64,000 nucleotides of DNA, taken from positions 88,600,001 through 88,664,000 of the forward strand of contig NW_024704742.1 in the NCBI RefSeq assembly GCF_018977255.1, given 5' to 3'. A model generated the notes under the pieces. The model searched no databases. It worked only from the letters and a program-made list of their open reading frames with translations, and was not told the DNA's origin. Of the stretch, positions 24,395 to 36,743 are shown piece by piece. The number at the start of each line of letters is the position of its first letter. Position 1 is the first letter of the stretch. A program made the position numbers and the translations under genes. The DNA comes from Callorhinchus milii (lineage: Eukaryota).

Positions 24395-24830
24395 GCGCCT
24401 ACCGAACCCAGAATGCAACGGCGCGGCGCCTGCGCACTGCAGCGGAACCGTGCCGGTTGGTGGGTGGCCGTGTGCGCAGGCGCGGCGGTAGGGAGCGAAG
24501 ATGGCGTCCGGGGGTTACAGGCTCAGCTGCTCGTTGCCCGGACACGAAATGGACGTGAGGGGCCTGGCGGCCACCCTGTACCCCGAGAGCGCTTTCGTGT
24601 CCGTGTCCAGAGACCGCACCGCTCGGCTCTGGGTACCCAACAGGTAACAACGTTTCCGGTCCCTTTGCCATCCCCCCCGGCTCAGGCCTCGGCCCTCCCT
24701 GTGTGTCAGCAGCTTCCCTCCCCCTTCCCTCTTCCTCGCCCATGTCTTGACAACTCCGAGATCGGCACAGGGGGCAGGCGGGGCGGGGGCGGGCAGGCGG
24801 GGCAGGAAGGGCGGGCGGGGCGGGTGTAGC
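24395..24830 (+). promoter_or_regulatory. PLAA CpG-island promoter/first exon with NRF1-, ZNF143- and YY1-like motifs
   Basis: CpG-rich; GCGCCTGCGCAC (24426-24437) and its exact reverse complement (24472-24483) fit NRF1; AACCCAGAATGCA (about 24405) fits ZNF143; AAGATGGCG over the ATG fits YY1. Confidence 0.7.
24501..24643 (+). CDS. PLAA: PLAA exon 1 (phospholipase A2-activating protein, WD40 start): [47 protein letters not shown]
   Basis: aagATGG Kozak in a CpG island; donor AG|gtaaca (phase 2); YRLSCSL.GHE.DVRGL...SVSRDRT.RLW is the PLAA N-terminus. Confidence 0.96.
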
Positions 24831-26574
24831 CGGTCATCATCATCATCACTTTCCTTAAGGCCACGCTTGACCTGCTCGGTTTCTCGGAGGGTTTCGGCAC
24901 TGCATCGTTTCTGTTTTATTTTTGGTCGGTCGGGTCCTTGGTCAGTGTCAGCGTTCACCAACGTGGAAAGCTGTGGGTGCGTTTCTGTTGCGTTAGGTAT
25001 TAAAAAAAATGAGAGAGAGTTAAACTGCTTTTTTTTTTAACGTGTTTGGGTGGGGAACGGGACGTGAGAGCGAGTGAGTGAGTGAAAGGATTGCCCTTTA
25101 ACCTTTCCTCTTCGGCTGTGCTTACAGTCACTTCCTCCCGGGGGTTGCTGTCAGGCTGTTAAATTGTAGTTTAGACCCATCGTTATGCTTCAGACTATCT
25201 TAACTGCAGTCCACAGGAAAGAAACACAACGGTCCTCTCATATTTTCTTGTTATCTTCTCAATGTTAATTACTTCTAATGTAATTAACCTTTGTAAAGAA
25301 GTTGCGTTACTTTTTTAAGTAAAGTTACATCTAATTTCAAAGTCTTTTAAGTCCTTCGTTGCATCTGTTGGAATATGAAACTCAATGCAGTTTATGCACG
25401 AGGTTAAACACTTAAAAACTAGGGCTCATTTATAGGGTTCCATCCAATCCTGGCGAAGTCATAGCAAGGGACGATAACAGAGAAAATACTGACAAACTTT
25501 TTTTGGGGTTAGTTTTGAAATGGTGTTGATAATGTGTGACACTTCATTCCCCGCTAACTTCAAAACACGCTGAGCACCCAATAAACTTATTGACCTTAAT
25601 CTGCGGAAAGCGGAATTCACATTCACGGAAAATCCCAGATTCAATCCTGATCTCAGCCATGGATCAGTTACAAAGACTCATTTATTTAATGGCCCCATTT
25701 TAGAGCAGGGCAATTCAGCCAGGTTTCTTGTGCCTGATTATTAGACAGTAACTTTTGATGATGGTGCATTTGTGAAGGTGCCTCATAAGGATGAATTCAG
25801 CCTTCCCTGAATTTCACGCTTTCTCTCCCTCTACCCCCAAAACTGTAAATGGTCATAGACAAGTAAAGGCCCTTTAGATGAGGTTGATCAATAAATACCC
25901 CCCCAATATAATAATACAAACATGCATTTGGTATAGTGCCTTATCAGGTTGTCAAAATGTTTCAAACAGCTTTGCTGAATGTTACTGTGAAGTGGTTGTA
26001 TTTGTAGGTGAACACAATAGCCAACAATTCCTCAAAAACAGCTGTGAAGTGAATGACCAATTTTAATCACAGCAAAAATGAAAATGAGTCAAAATGCTTC
26101 CAGGACGGTAGAAAATTGTCTGAGGCCTAATCTTGTTAAATTAATAAAATATGCCACTTTGCTGTAGATTGCAAAGGTGAGGTTATTACACATCATTGCT
26201 CATAGATTATATATGATTTTATGATGTGGAATTTGTAGGAGAGACAACCTGAAGTTTATATTTAACAAGTGTCGTTGATCTGAAATTTCTAGCTGACTAA
26301 TCGACTGGAACTAGCAGTGTTCCGCATAGTATCATTTTTTGATTATACAAATTAGAAAATATTAATTCTGCAGGTGTACTGTTTTCGTGGGAAAATACTT
26401 TAAATTTGTTTTAAAATATAACAACTTGAATTTATATAGTAACTTTCATCTGGGTAGTGTTTTTGAATGCTTATAATTTGTTATCTGATTACTATGGGAA
26501 ATTAATCATCACTTTATTTTCTCTTGTATTGAGAACAATCATTGGATTGTTTCTGTTTTGTTTCTATTTTTCAG

Positions 26575-26768
26575 TTCAAGCAAAGGTTTTACAGATATGC
26601 ACTGTATGAATGGGCACTCAAATTTTGTGTCATGTGTATGCGTCATAGCACCCAATGACACATACCCTCGGGGACAAATTGTAACAGGAGGCAACGATAA
26701 TAACATTTGTGTCTTCACACTGGATAGCCAAACTCCGCTGTACATTCTTGAAGGACATAAGAATACTG
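26575..26768 (+). CDS. PLAA: PLAA exon 2 (WD40)
   Basis: tttttcag|T TCA ... ACT G|gtaggt; 194 nt; [18 protein letters not shown]...[11 protein letters not shown]...LEGHKNT. Confidence 0.96.
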
Positions 26769-26884
26769 GTAGGTGGTGTTTACTTTGTTTCGTTGTTTGC
26801 TTTCACTATTGCTCATTTGCATTCATCCCCTATAATTAGCTGTTAATGTGTACTGGAAGGGAAATGACTTGTCCTACTTTTAGG

Positions 26885-27215
26885 AGGCTCCGGCCCCCAC
26901 CCCCATCAGTGGTCAGGCCTTCAGCCTCTCCTCCCCCACCCTTTGGAGCTCCATCCCCACAGTCTTTTCATCTTGCTCCCTCCCTTACCTCTTTGAAGGC
27001 ACGTTTCACGACCCTCCTCTTCGACCGCACCTTCAGTCAACAACAACAAGATTACATTTATAGAGCGCCTTTCACGTCAGCAGTCATCCTCCTACCCCTA
27101 CTCTCCCTGCCCTCCACCCCCCTGATCCCAACCCCTTGCTCAGGTCCAAATCCTTGACTGACCAGCACCTTGGGACGTCCTCCCGACGAGAAATACCAAT
27201 GTCATTTGTAATTGT
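26885..27215 (+). mobile_element. L2 3' fragment
   Basis: Family tail ttgggacgtcctcccgacg; contains a short inverted tail piece at about 27038-27077. Confidence 0.75.
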
Positions 27216-27428
27216 TATGATCAGAGATAAGATTGCACAATGAGTGAAAAGGTTGTAGATTAATTGTCACTATCATCTTATAAACCTTCATGTTTTAGCT
27301 TTTTTTAAAAAAAATGCGTAAATTTAATAACAAAGAACTTCCAGAATTTGTGATGTATTATTCAATGTGCAGTGGACTCCTGACATTGTAATTTTAATGT
27401 ACAATCATTATGCCTTTGCTGCTTCTAG

Positions 27429-27529
27429 TCTGCAGTCTTTCATCTGGAAAATTTGGTACATTGCTTAGTGGATCTTGGGATACTACATCAAAAGTCTGGC
27501 TAAATGATAAATGTCTGATGACATTGCAG
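27429..27529 (+). CDS. PLAA: PLAA exon 3 (WD40)
   Basis: ttctag|TC TGC ... CAG|gtaaat; 101 nt; [34 protein letters not shown]. Confidence 0.96.
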
Positions 27530-27634
27530 GTAAATCTTTCCTTCCCCCTTTAACTAAAAGATAATACTTCCAGGTTTTTTAAGTATATTTTATTGCTTTC
27601 AGTAATTTTTTTTAAAAAATTGCTTTGCTTTTAG

Positions 27635-27755
27635 GGTCATACAGCAGCAGTGTGGGCAGTAAGGATACTACCCGAACAAGGTTTCATGCTGACAGGATCT
27701 GCTGACAAAACGATTAAACTGTGGAAAGCAGGCAGATGTGAACGCACTTATACTG
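27635..27755 (+). CDS. PLAA: PLAA exon 4 (WD40)
   Basis: cttttag|GGT ... ACT G|gtatgt; 121 nt; [40 protein letters not shown]. Confidence 0.96.
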
Positions 27756-28238
27756 GTATGTCCACTTGTGTTGCCTCTACCAGGATCCATTAATATGCAA
27801 TGGCTGTTCCATTACTCCTTTTGGAGTGGATTCCACTTGTCATCATCTAACAAAGAAGTTTAGATAAGCAGAAAATTGTTTACATGCACAAACAAGTGTT
27901 TGATTTTAGACACTTTTGAGATTGCCAGTGTGTTAAAATGTTCCATGCTCAGTCATCATTGCAGTTGGATTCTACAAAGTAGATCCAAGTTAGATGGGAT
28001 GTGAAATCTATTGTGTGTCAGATATTCTGCTTTGCTTCAGCCTGGCTGAGCAAGTGTGTGAGAATGACTGGAGGCTTCTGTTTTCTCTTTAATGCATGGT
28101 ATATCTGAGCCATTTTGGTCCCACTTTTTCTGTTTTTTTTGCAATTCTGGAAAGGATAAATTTTCTTTAAATCCTTTAGTTTCAATTTCAAGTACAGTGT
28201 TATAACGTTGTTCAGACTAACTTTAATTTTATTTTTAG

Positions 28239-28406
28239 GTCATAAAGATTGTGTTAGAGGACTGGCCATTTTGAACGATTTAGAGTTCCTGTCTTGCAGT
28301 AATGATGCCACTATTCGCCGATGGGAAATCTCCGGCGAGTGTTCACAGGTTTACTATGGACATACCAACTATATCTATTCCATATCAGTCTTCCCTAATG
28401 GAGAGG
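28239..28406 (+). CDS. PLAA: PLAA exon 5 (WD40)
   Basis: tttttag|GT CAT ... GAG G|gtacgt; 168 nt; [29 protein letters not shown]...[18 protein letters not shown]. Confidence 0.96.
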
Positions 28407-29499
28407 GTACGTTTTTTTAATGTCTTGAATTAGTGAAATTAACAAACATGTTTTTCTTATATATATATATATTTGCTGAATCTGATCTAATGAGTTCCCT
28501 TTTGTCTGCAGTTCAAATAAAACTCCCAATCTTCATTTTGTTTCTGTGGGACAGGTTTCTCATAAATATGCTTGCCAGAAATTAGGAACAATACTGAAAC
28601 ATTTGACATTTTATTAGCTTCATATCATAAGTTGATTTTTTAAAATTTATTTTTCTTGCCCAGTGTTTTTTTGGAAGGAAAAGGTAGTAGTGAACAGTCC
28701 TCTTTGAAATTAAACCAAATTCCTAGGCTGATATGTGGTAGCTGATTTTCTGGGGGGTGGTGGATGAAAGAGGACGGATGGATATTAGGGCAATTTTTAA
28801 TAGCGTTCTCTAGTAAAGCTGCAAGCAAATTGAGATAATCATCCTTGCAATTGATATAGTGCCTCATCATGTCGTTGAGATGTCTCAAAGCTTCAAATTA
28901 CACTTGGTTTCCTTATTGAAGAATCTTGTTCAAAATTGTAATATTATGGACATCATAATCATAGTAAGAGAAATGTTTATTACAGAATACAATAAAATAT
29001 CAATCTTTTATGAGTTTACATTAATTTGATTTGAATTATTGAAATGCACTCCCACTTACTACTAAGACTTAGCATTTATAGACCAAAATGATGAGACATT
29101 CAGCAGTGCAAGTGAAATCACCTTTTGCTGTAGCAGATGGTGCAATGGAGAGGGAAAAGGATATAAGAGTTGCAACAGTTCAGAGGATGAGATGTAAACC
29201 ACTGACGTGATTGTTTTTTCTTTTTCCAAAGCTGAGAATTCAATCCATAATAATAATCCTTGCATTTGATATAGTGCTTATCAAGTCTTCGAGTCCTCTC
29301 AAAGCACTTCACAGAAAATACTGTAAAGTGAATTGACTATATTTAGGTTTTCATATTAATCTCTCACTTCATTTGTTAAGATAAATATTTTGCATTAAAT
29401 ACATTTTGGGGAGCATCATTACATTGGAACTCCTTTTTGATGAGGTCGCCTTGTAGAAGGATATTCTTTATATGGTTGTTATTTTTGTCTCCATTTCAG

Positions 29500-29635
29500 A
29501 TTTTGTTTCTACGGGAGAAGATCGATCCTTGAGAATTTGGAAAAAGGGTGAATGTGCTCAAACCATCAGGCTGCCAACTCAATCTGTTTGGTGCTGCTGT
29601 GTGCTGGACAATCGTGACATAGTTATAGGTTCAAG
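29500..29635 (+). CDS. PLAA: PLAA exon 6 (WD40)
   Basis: atttcag|AT TTT ... TCA AG|gtagat; 136 nt; [45 protein letters not shown]. Confidence 0.96.
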
Positions 29636-31149
29636 GTAGATTTGTAATGTGTATCTGAGCACAAATTACATTTAAATTTTTTAACATTACATTTTTAATA
29701 AAACTGCAAAAGACCAAGCTGATATCACTTCATAAATGTAGTCACATCACTAATACTTCTGTCTCATACCGCATAGGAAGTGATGACTAGTGAAGACTTG
29801 GTAGCATGGAAGTTAGCCTTTTTCATAATGCAGTCTCTGAGGTATTGAATCCATGTGACTGCATGTGACATTTTAGAATTTGCTGTTTTACGAGCTGGAA
29901 TAACTTAGGTTCTCAAGGTGCAATCTACATTTGTTAATGAAGTTAATTAAGATAGAATTATATTATCAATTATAATTAGTTATTAGCCAACAATCAACCA
30001 GTGAATTATAATTAGTTAATCATAATTAATTATATTTGTCTATATTAAGGTAATTCTGCTGCTCAGGTGGTGTTAAAGATCCCATGATTCAAAAAAAAAC
30101 GGACATTTTTCCCAGTATCGTGACCAACAGTCTCCCAAATAAAATTGGTCATGTTTTATGACTGTTTGTGAAACATTCCTGGGTGCAATTGGTTGCCAAT
30201 AAATACACCATCACTACACTTTACAGTATATCCTGTGAAGCGAATTGGCAGGACATCCTGACATCAAGGGTACTACACTAAATGAAAGGATCATTTACTT
30301 TATACTTGATCAGCTTTGTTTTATGTAAAGCCGCAAGCTAGCAAAAAGCATTTAGTTGAATAGATAATTGGAATAAAAAGGTAATTTGCATACCAACTGC
30401 TATCATCTAGTCGTTGAGCTAGTGTACGATTCATGTTAAAATTTTGAAACCATAATAGTGAATAATATAAATCGTGAAAAATTATTGTACAGTTGAGTAT
30501 AATATAGCACATATAAAGTTCACACCTCAAAGAGCTTCACAGAGTGATATATTTGCAGGAAATCTTAAAATATGTGTGTGCATGTTACATATGTTTTCAG
30601 TTTAAATACAACGGAATTCACTTTAACTGGACGCCTGTTAAGCTTAGATGCCGGATAAATTGTACAAAATGTCCGGCCTCGATTCATTTGTATTGTTACT
30701 CGTTTGGAACATGCCAATTAATGTGTAGAACAGTATGGTTAATCCAGATAAAACTCCACGCTTGTCGCTGCTGAGTGTACTCGCAGATGGAGATGGAGGA
30801 GACAAATTGTGATTGATTGACAGCGTTCCCCAGCCATTCATAATTGGCTGGAATTGGACTGTCAATCAGTGGGAGTGTGGAGGAACGGGAAAGAAACCAG
30901 GGAGGGAATGGGAGGAGTCAAATTGCAATTGATTGACAGCTGGAACTGCTTGTGAGTGGGTGGAATGCCACTGCTTATTGCTCCCCTTTCCATGCGATGG
31001 GAAGGAGGAGGCTCTTCTCTGCTGCTGGGTGGGAAGTGGTCATGGTATTTTGTTTAACCTCGGGCGTTGCTTAAACAGGACAATCCCGGCTTCCATTGTA
31101 TATTTAACTATTACTGTAGCCAGACTCACATTTTTTTTTTCGGTTGCAG

Positions 31150-31319
31150 TGATGGTATAATAAGAGTTTTCACAGAAGCTGACGAGCGGGTAGCCAGTGC
31201 AGAAGAGATCCAGACTTTTGAAAATGAGTTGTCTAGTGCAACTATTGATCCTAAAGCTGGAGATTTGGGGGATATAAACATCAATGAACTTCCAGGAAAA
31301 GAGCATCTTGATGAGCCTG
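31150..31319 (+). CDS. PLAA: PLAA exon 7
   Basis: gttgcag|T GAT ... CCT G|gtatgt; 170 nt; [21 protein letters not shown]...[20 protein letters not shown]. Confidence 0.96.
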
Positions 31320-31869
31320 GTATGTGGTACCATTCCTTTCATATGGTTAATGTGTGCATAACCACTGCTTTATATTAGCCACTTAATATTATCGAGCAGT
31401 AGAGGGATTTACTAAACCTCATGCCTTCTTCCACTTGATACCAAATTGCTAAATGGGCAAGCAAACCTACATCCAGAGGTTGATTGAATGAAAAGCTAAG
31501 TTAAGGTTCATGATTAAATCTAATGTTACAATGCTTGTTTGTACTGAAGTCTGAGACAAGTTACTAAGCACATTGGTGTAGGTTTGAACCTTGTCTTCTG
31601 ACGTTTTAGCTGGTTAGCTTTCAGCATTACCCAAAGTACACTTTGGCTGTTACCAACCTGCGACTAATACTCTCTGGAATAAGGTAAGCAGAATTTGTCC
31701 GTCCAGGGAGACCATACACCTTCCATTCCAGAACACAACTCGTGAATTTCCATTGATAGATGGGATGCATGGAATTCTATGTGGTTTGGATACTGTTAGC
31801 ATGGTGATGCGTTTCTACATGTGTCAAACATCTGGCTGACAAAAAAAATTAGATTCTTTACATTTTCAG

Positions 31870-32027
31870 GTACAAGGGAAGGTCAGACACGACTAATCAG
31901 AGTTCAAGACAATGTCCATGCCTATCAGTGGAGTGTTGTTGATGGACGATGGATGAAGATTGGGGATGTAGTGGGTTCATCAGGAGCAACACAGAAGACA
32001 TCTGGCAAAGTCCTTTATGAAGGCAAA
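31870..32027 (+). CDS. PLAA: PLAA exon 8 (PFU domain start)
   Basis: ttttcag|GT ACA ... AAA|gtatgt; 158 nt; [11 protein letters not shown]...[36 protein letters not shown]. Confidence 0.96.
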
Positions 32028-32569
32028 GTATGTTTCACAGCCAGAGAAACATGCTATTCACTGTTGTATTACCTTTCAGGAAATGGAAAATCAATTCAGA
32101 TGTACCACTGCAGTTTTAAAATGGCCTTTGTTTTGTCTCCTGATCTAAAGAAACATTTTCCGCCATTCATCTAGTAAATCAGTCAAGTAACTATTTCGCG
32201 TATGGTTATGAACATTTCATTTTATACTAAATTAAAATAAAATATCATTAGGCTGCATGCTTTTTGCTGTCTGCATCTAAGTGGCAGCATGTTGCATAGA
32301 CCACACCTGAAGGTCTGCTGAGGAAATTTAGTTTATGAATATTGTGGTCCTCTAAAGTCAGGTTGGTTATTAAACTGGAAGATGTTCTTATTATAATTTA
32401 GCATTACATCATTTTATCTGTAAATTGTAAACTTTAGACAGTCTGTATTGACTCCTAACCATATCTTGTGATCACATAAAACAATTGATTGACTATTCTT
32501 ATTTCAAAAGTTGGAAATTGATTTTTTTGAGTTGGAAAATTGACTGTTGGATCTCATATTTATTTTTAG

Positions 32570-32789
32570 GAATATGATTATGTCTTTACCATTGATGTTA
32601 ATGAGGCTGGACCTTCCTTGAAACTGCCTTACAATATTAGTGATGATCCATGGCTTGTTGCCCATAACTTCCTGGAAAAAAATGACTTGAGCCCCATGTT
32701 TCTAGATCAGGTTGCCAACTTTATTATTGAGAATACGAAAGGGCAGACACTGGGACAAACAGGCACAGGGTTTTCAGACCCTTTCACAG
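32570..32789 (+). CDS. PLAA: PLAA exon 9 (PFU ubiquitin-binding domain)
   Basis: tttttag|GAA ... ACA G|gttagt; 220 nt; [58 protein letters not shown]...FSDPFT. Confidence 0.96.
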
Positions 32790-33743
32790 GTTAGTGAGTT
32801 TATATATTTAAAGGTTTACAAATTTATATTTCTGCTTATTTGTTCTTAAATGATTATTCATCAACAGTGAAGATTGCTTTACTTAGCACTTAACTTGGTT
32901 TATTGTGTTCAAGCCAGATTGCTTTGTTTAAAATTGATATGTATAATTTTTATATACTATATGTTTCATTATTTTTTTGGCAAAAAGTTTTATTTGTGAG
33001 TTGTTTGGTCTGGATGACTGCCCAGATGTTTAACCTTGACTGAGCAAGCTGAATTATAGTATTTCAAATATTCAGTAGCGTATCCTTCATCCCTTATTTA
33101 ACTTTATAGTGCCTACATTTCACCAACTTACTAATGTAACATGTGATCTACACTGCTTTATTTCACATTAATGTGTGTAGATTTTCACAACCATATAATA
33201 CAAACAACCATATTTGAATGCAATAAATTGTGTTAAATAATGCAGTATTCAGTGTTGCGTTGATGTAATTCTAAAACAAATGAGTATATTGGCTTTCTGC
33301 CTAATATATTTCAATAATGAGGTGAGATGATTTAATTTATAAATTTGGGAGTTTTCTTGCTGTCATTGGTTCACATCCTGCAACTATGTTTAATGAAAAT
33401 AATACTGTTGCAGTTTATTTACATTCTCAATGTTGTACTTCAAAGAAAAATATTTATTCTTTGCCAGTAGTTCAGACAATTGTCATTTGATTTCAAATCA
33501 GCATAAGCAGGATGCTGAAGGTGCAATGTTCAGTCTAAAGTAGATTGAACCTCTGAGACCAATGTTTTTTTAAATCCAATTATACATGAATTGCACATTA
33601 ACAGATGATTTTAATCCAAAACAAATTTCTCACCTAAAACTAGATTTCTATTCCCATTTGTTGAAAATGTTGTAAGAATTTATTACTGGGTGAGGGAAAG
33701 TGTGTAGAATATAGAACAGTATTATTTGTATGAACCTCTGCAG

Positions 33744-33812
33744 GTTCCGGTCGTTACATACCCGGAAGTGGGTTAAGCCCTGGAGGCCCACGTGGTGTGG
33801 ATCCATTTACGG
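33744..33812 (+). CDS. PLAA: PLAA exon 10 (linker repeat)
   Basis: ctctgcag|GT TCC ... ACG G|gtaagg; 69 nt; GSGRYIPGSGLSPGGPRGVDPFT. Confidence 0.92.
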
Positions 33813-35083
33813 GTAAGGAATAGGCAGCCGTGTATCTTTGTTTTAAAAGATATCCTTTATTTATTACAAGAGTATGGTAGTGATCTGAAGGGTTTTTCAT
33901 AATTGATTTAGGTTTAAGCCTGTTTGTATTGTATATAATATAGAACTCAGAAATGTAGCAATGAGGGGTACGATTCTTAGAAATTATAACTTGTTTTTTT
34001 TGTGACCTAATTTTATTTACTTATCTTCTATGTACAACAGGAGTAAACACGATTAAGAAAATTAGACAGTGTAATCCCTTGTAAAATGATCGTTTGATTG
34101 GATAAAGGTGTCTCTTCTGGCTGATGCACGAGTTTGTCTTCCTGTCGGGAGTCTGTCTCCTCGATTTTTGTTCTCGTGCATGGAAAATATTTTTCTTTTA
34201 CAAGAAGTGTTGTGCTGTGTATTTTTTTGATTGCAGGCTGAATTCTGTTCAAAAGCTTGTGGGGAATATTGCAGAACTGCTAGCTTTCAGTATTGTATCA
34301 GCGCCTTGGGACGTCCTCCCGACATGAAAGGCGCTATACAAATGTAATCTTGTTGTTGTAGGGCTTGTTTCATATTCCTACAAGTACGTGGGGAGTGCCG
34401 AGGAGAATGGGGTCCAACTTGGGATTCTAACATTATTATAAGGAGGAGGATCTTGTGTGGTTAATGGTTTTGTTTTAATGCTTTTTAAGCTGCTTGAGCA
34501 CTGCACCATTAATAATCATTTAATTTGATATAGCTCCTTGTCACATAGTCAGAACATCTCAAAGTGCTTCACCGGATTTACTGGAAAATGTTGTGATTGT
34601 GTATTTGTAGGAAAATAGTATATTGCAGTATTCCTTACAAGCTCCTGAAAAAGAGTTCAGTTTGTAATCAATAAAAATATACATAATATCTTAGAGTGCT
34701 TTTTTATCCTTTTAGAGTTTTCTGATAGTGACTATTATTCCCCGTTAGGATTTTCCTTTTTTTCCCTTAAAAATATTGACTGATATTATTTGAGAGAGGC
34801 AAAGTTGGACTTGTGCTCATTCTGATCCGCTAGTGCCTTACTTGTAAATGAAAAATAAACGAGAAGTACAAAGCTGTTTCATGAAACCACAAGAGATTGT
34901 TTTGGTGTTCAATGTCATAAGGATGCTATCCACATTTTTGCCAGAATTTGCTCTTGATGTGGCTCACCAGCCATCAATCTCTAGACATTTAGTCTTTCAA
35001 GAATGAAGGTGACAGTATACTTAATCTTTCATTGTATGTGTATTCTGAATTGGGGAAAATATTTTCTACTTGTTCTATTGCAG

Positions 35084-35149
35084 GATCTGGTCGATATGTT
35101 CCTGGCTCTTCTGGCTTGGTCCCTTCTGCAGGAGGTGATCCTTTTACAG
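35084..35149 (+). CDS. PLAA: PLAA exon 11 (linker repeat)
   Basis: attgcag|GA TCT ... ACA G|gtagaa; 66 nt; GSGRYVPGSSGLVPSAGGDPFT. Confidence 0.92.
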
Positions 35150-35743
35150 GTAGAATTTGAGAAGTGCAAGGAATATAAAAACAAAATAATTTCTCTAGTG
35201 GTTTTTTTGGGGGGATGGGGGGAATCAAAAGGGAGACAGACTGGGGGAGGGGGAAGGGAAGTGAAGGAAATCCCTTTTTTTTCTCTCCAATCTCTCTTGT
35301 GATTCTCTTGCGTCTCTGTGTGCGCGTGTGTGAGCCTCTTTTGGGTGAGTATTGAAGAGACTGTTACAACAAAGTACGAGTGTCCTAGTTAACAATTTTC
35401 AGATCAGCAATGTTGCAGATAGATTGATTATGGCTGTTTGTGGGAACTCGCTGGCATAAATGGCTGCTGCTTTTTTCTACAAATATAGTCAAGTCACTAT
35501 GTTTGACAATAATTACCATGAGATGCTTTGAAAAGTTTTAGCACAGTCTGGTGGAGGTTTTCTGATTCCAAGACTCATAACATAGAAGTGGTTAATGTCG
35601 CATTATTTTTTCAAGATATTTTTATGTATTTCATCTTGGACCAATAGCTCAAAACCATTGATTTCTAATAGCAATGCTAGTAAAATATGCAAACTGTTTT
35701 TGTATTTTATAATCTTACATTGTATTTTTCTTCTTTCCCCTAG

Positions 35744-35851
35744 GAGGAAATGCTTATGTTTCTGCTGATGGACAAGCACAACCCAGTAATCCTTACTTTC
35801 CCAAAAAAGATCCTGTCATATTTGGACAGGGAAACGTAACCCAGATAATGG
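35744..35851 (+). CDS. PLAA: PLAA exon 12 (PUL domain start)
   Basis: ttcccctag|GA GGA ... ATG G|gtaagc; 108 nt; GGNAYVSADGQAQPSNPYFPKKDPVIFGQGNVTQIM. Confidence 0.92.
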
Positions 35852-36575
35852 GTAAGCTAATCTGTTTTTGTGACAAAATCTGCCTTGGTTCATTCGTTTA
35901 CTTCCAGAAGAGATTATTTTTGTAGCAATATGTGGCAGTAATAGCTACAAAGCTACAGGTCAGCTTTCCACAAAATGTTTCTGCTGTGTTTCGCCCACAA
36001 AATACAGTCAGTCCTCTTTACAATATATTCTGTGAAGCGCTTTGAGACGTCTCAATGACATGGTAAGGCGCTGCAGTAATGTAAGGATTATTATTTATCT
36101 ATTGTAGTCAATTTAGCAAGCAATTTGGTAATTGAATGGAAACAGATGTACATGTCACACAAAAATTCTCCTTCTTTTGCTCATCCACATTCTCAAATAC
36201 CGAAGGCTGTGAAGATGGCCTTATGTCATTGAATTTGTCGATTACAGTCTTCAACTGACAGTCAGATTTTGTTTACTGAAAAGCCAGCATCCATGTTAAT
36301 TGGCAGTTGAAGGGCCACAAGCCTGAAGTATAATACCAAGCTGAGAATGGAAGAATTAGCTTTCAAACATTAATTTTATTTTGTGAAGTCAAAATATACA
36401 TTTTCAATTTTATTACCTTGAAAGAAGCTTGGTAGATGGAATTGTTCTGTGTTGTTCAAATTGTTGTTTATCAAATGACACAATTGTTGCATTTGATCTG
36501 TGATGTTGTATCTGATAAAAATGGAATAAATGCAGAGTTTTCATGTGATTCTTTTTAAAACAAAATTTGTTGCAG

Positions 36576-36743
36576 GAAAGGTAATGGAACTGAATGAAAA
36601 CACATTAGCTGAACAAAAGTTGTCTTCAGATGATCTGCAAATGCTTGAGAAGTTACTTTCCATCATATCTAATCCTTCAACTCTTGAGACTCCTACTACA
36701 CAGCAGTTGGATGTTTTATGGAAAGCTGCCCAGTGGCCTGAAG
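36576..36743 (+). CDS. PLAA: PLAA exon 13 (PUL domain)
   Basis: gttgcag|GA AAG ... GAA G|gtaagc; 168 nt; GKVMELNENT...PTTQQLDVLWKAAQWPE. Confidence 0.94.

Noticed and set aside
30604..30790. Possible Tigger/Tc1-like MITE left end in PLAA intron 6
   Set aside because: Only one terminus-like sequence seen; no matching right TIR found.
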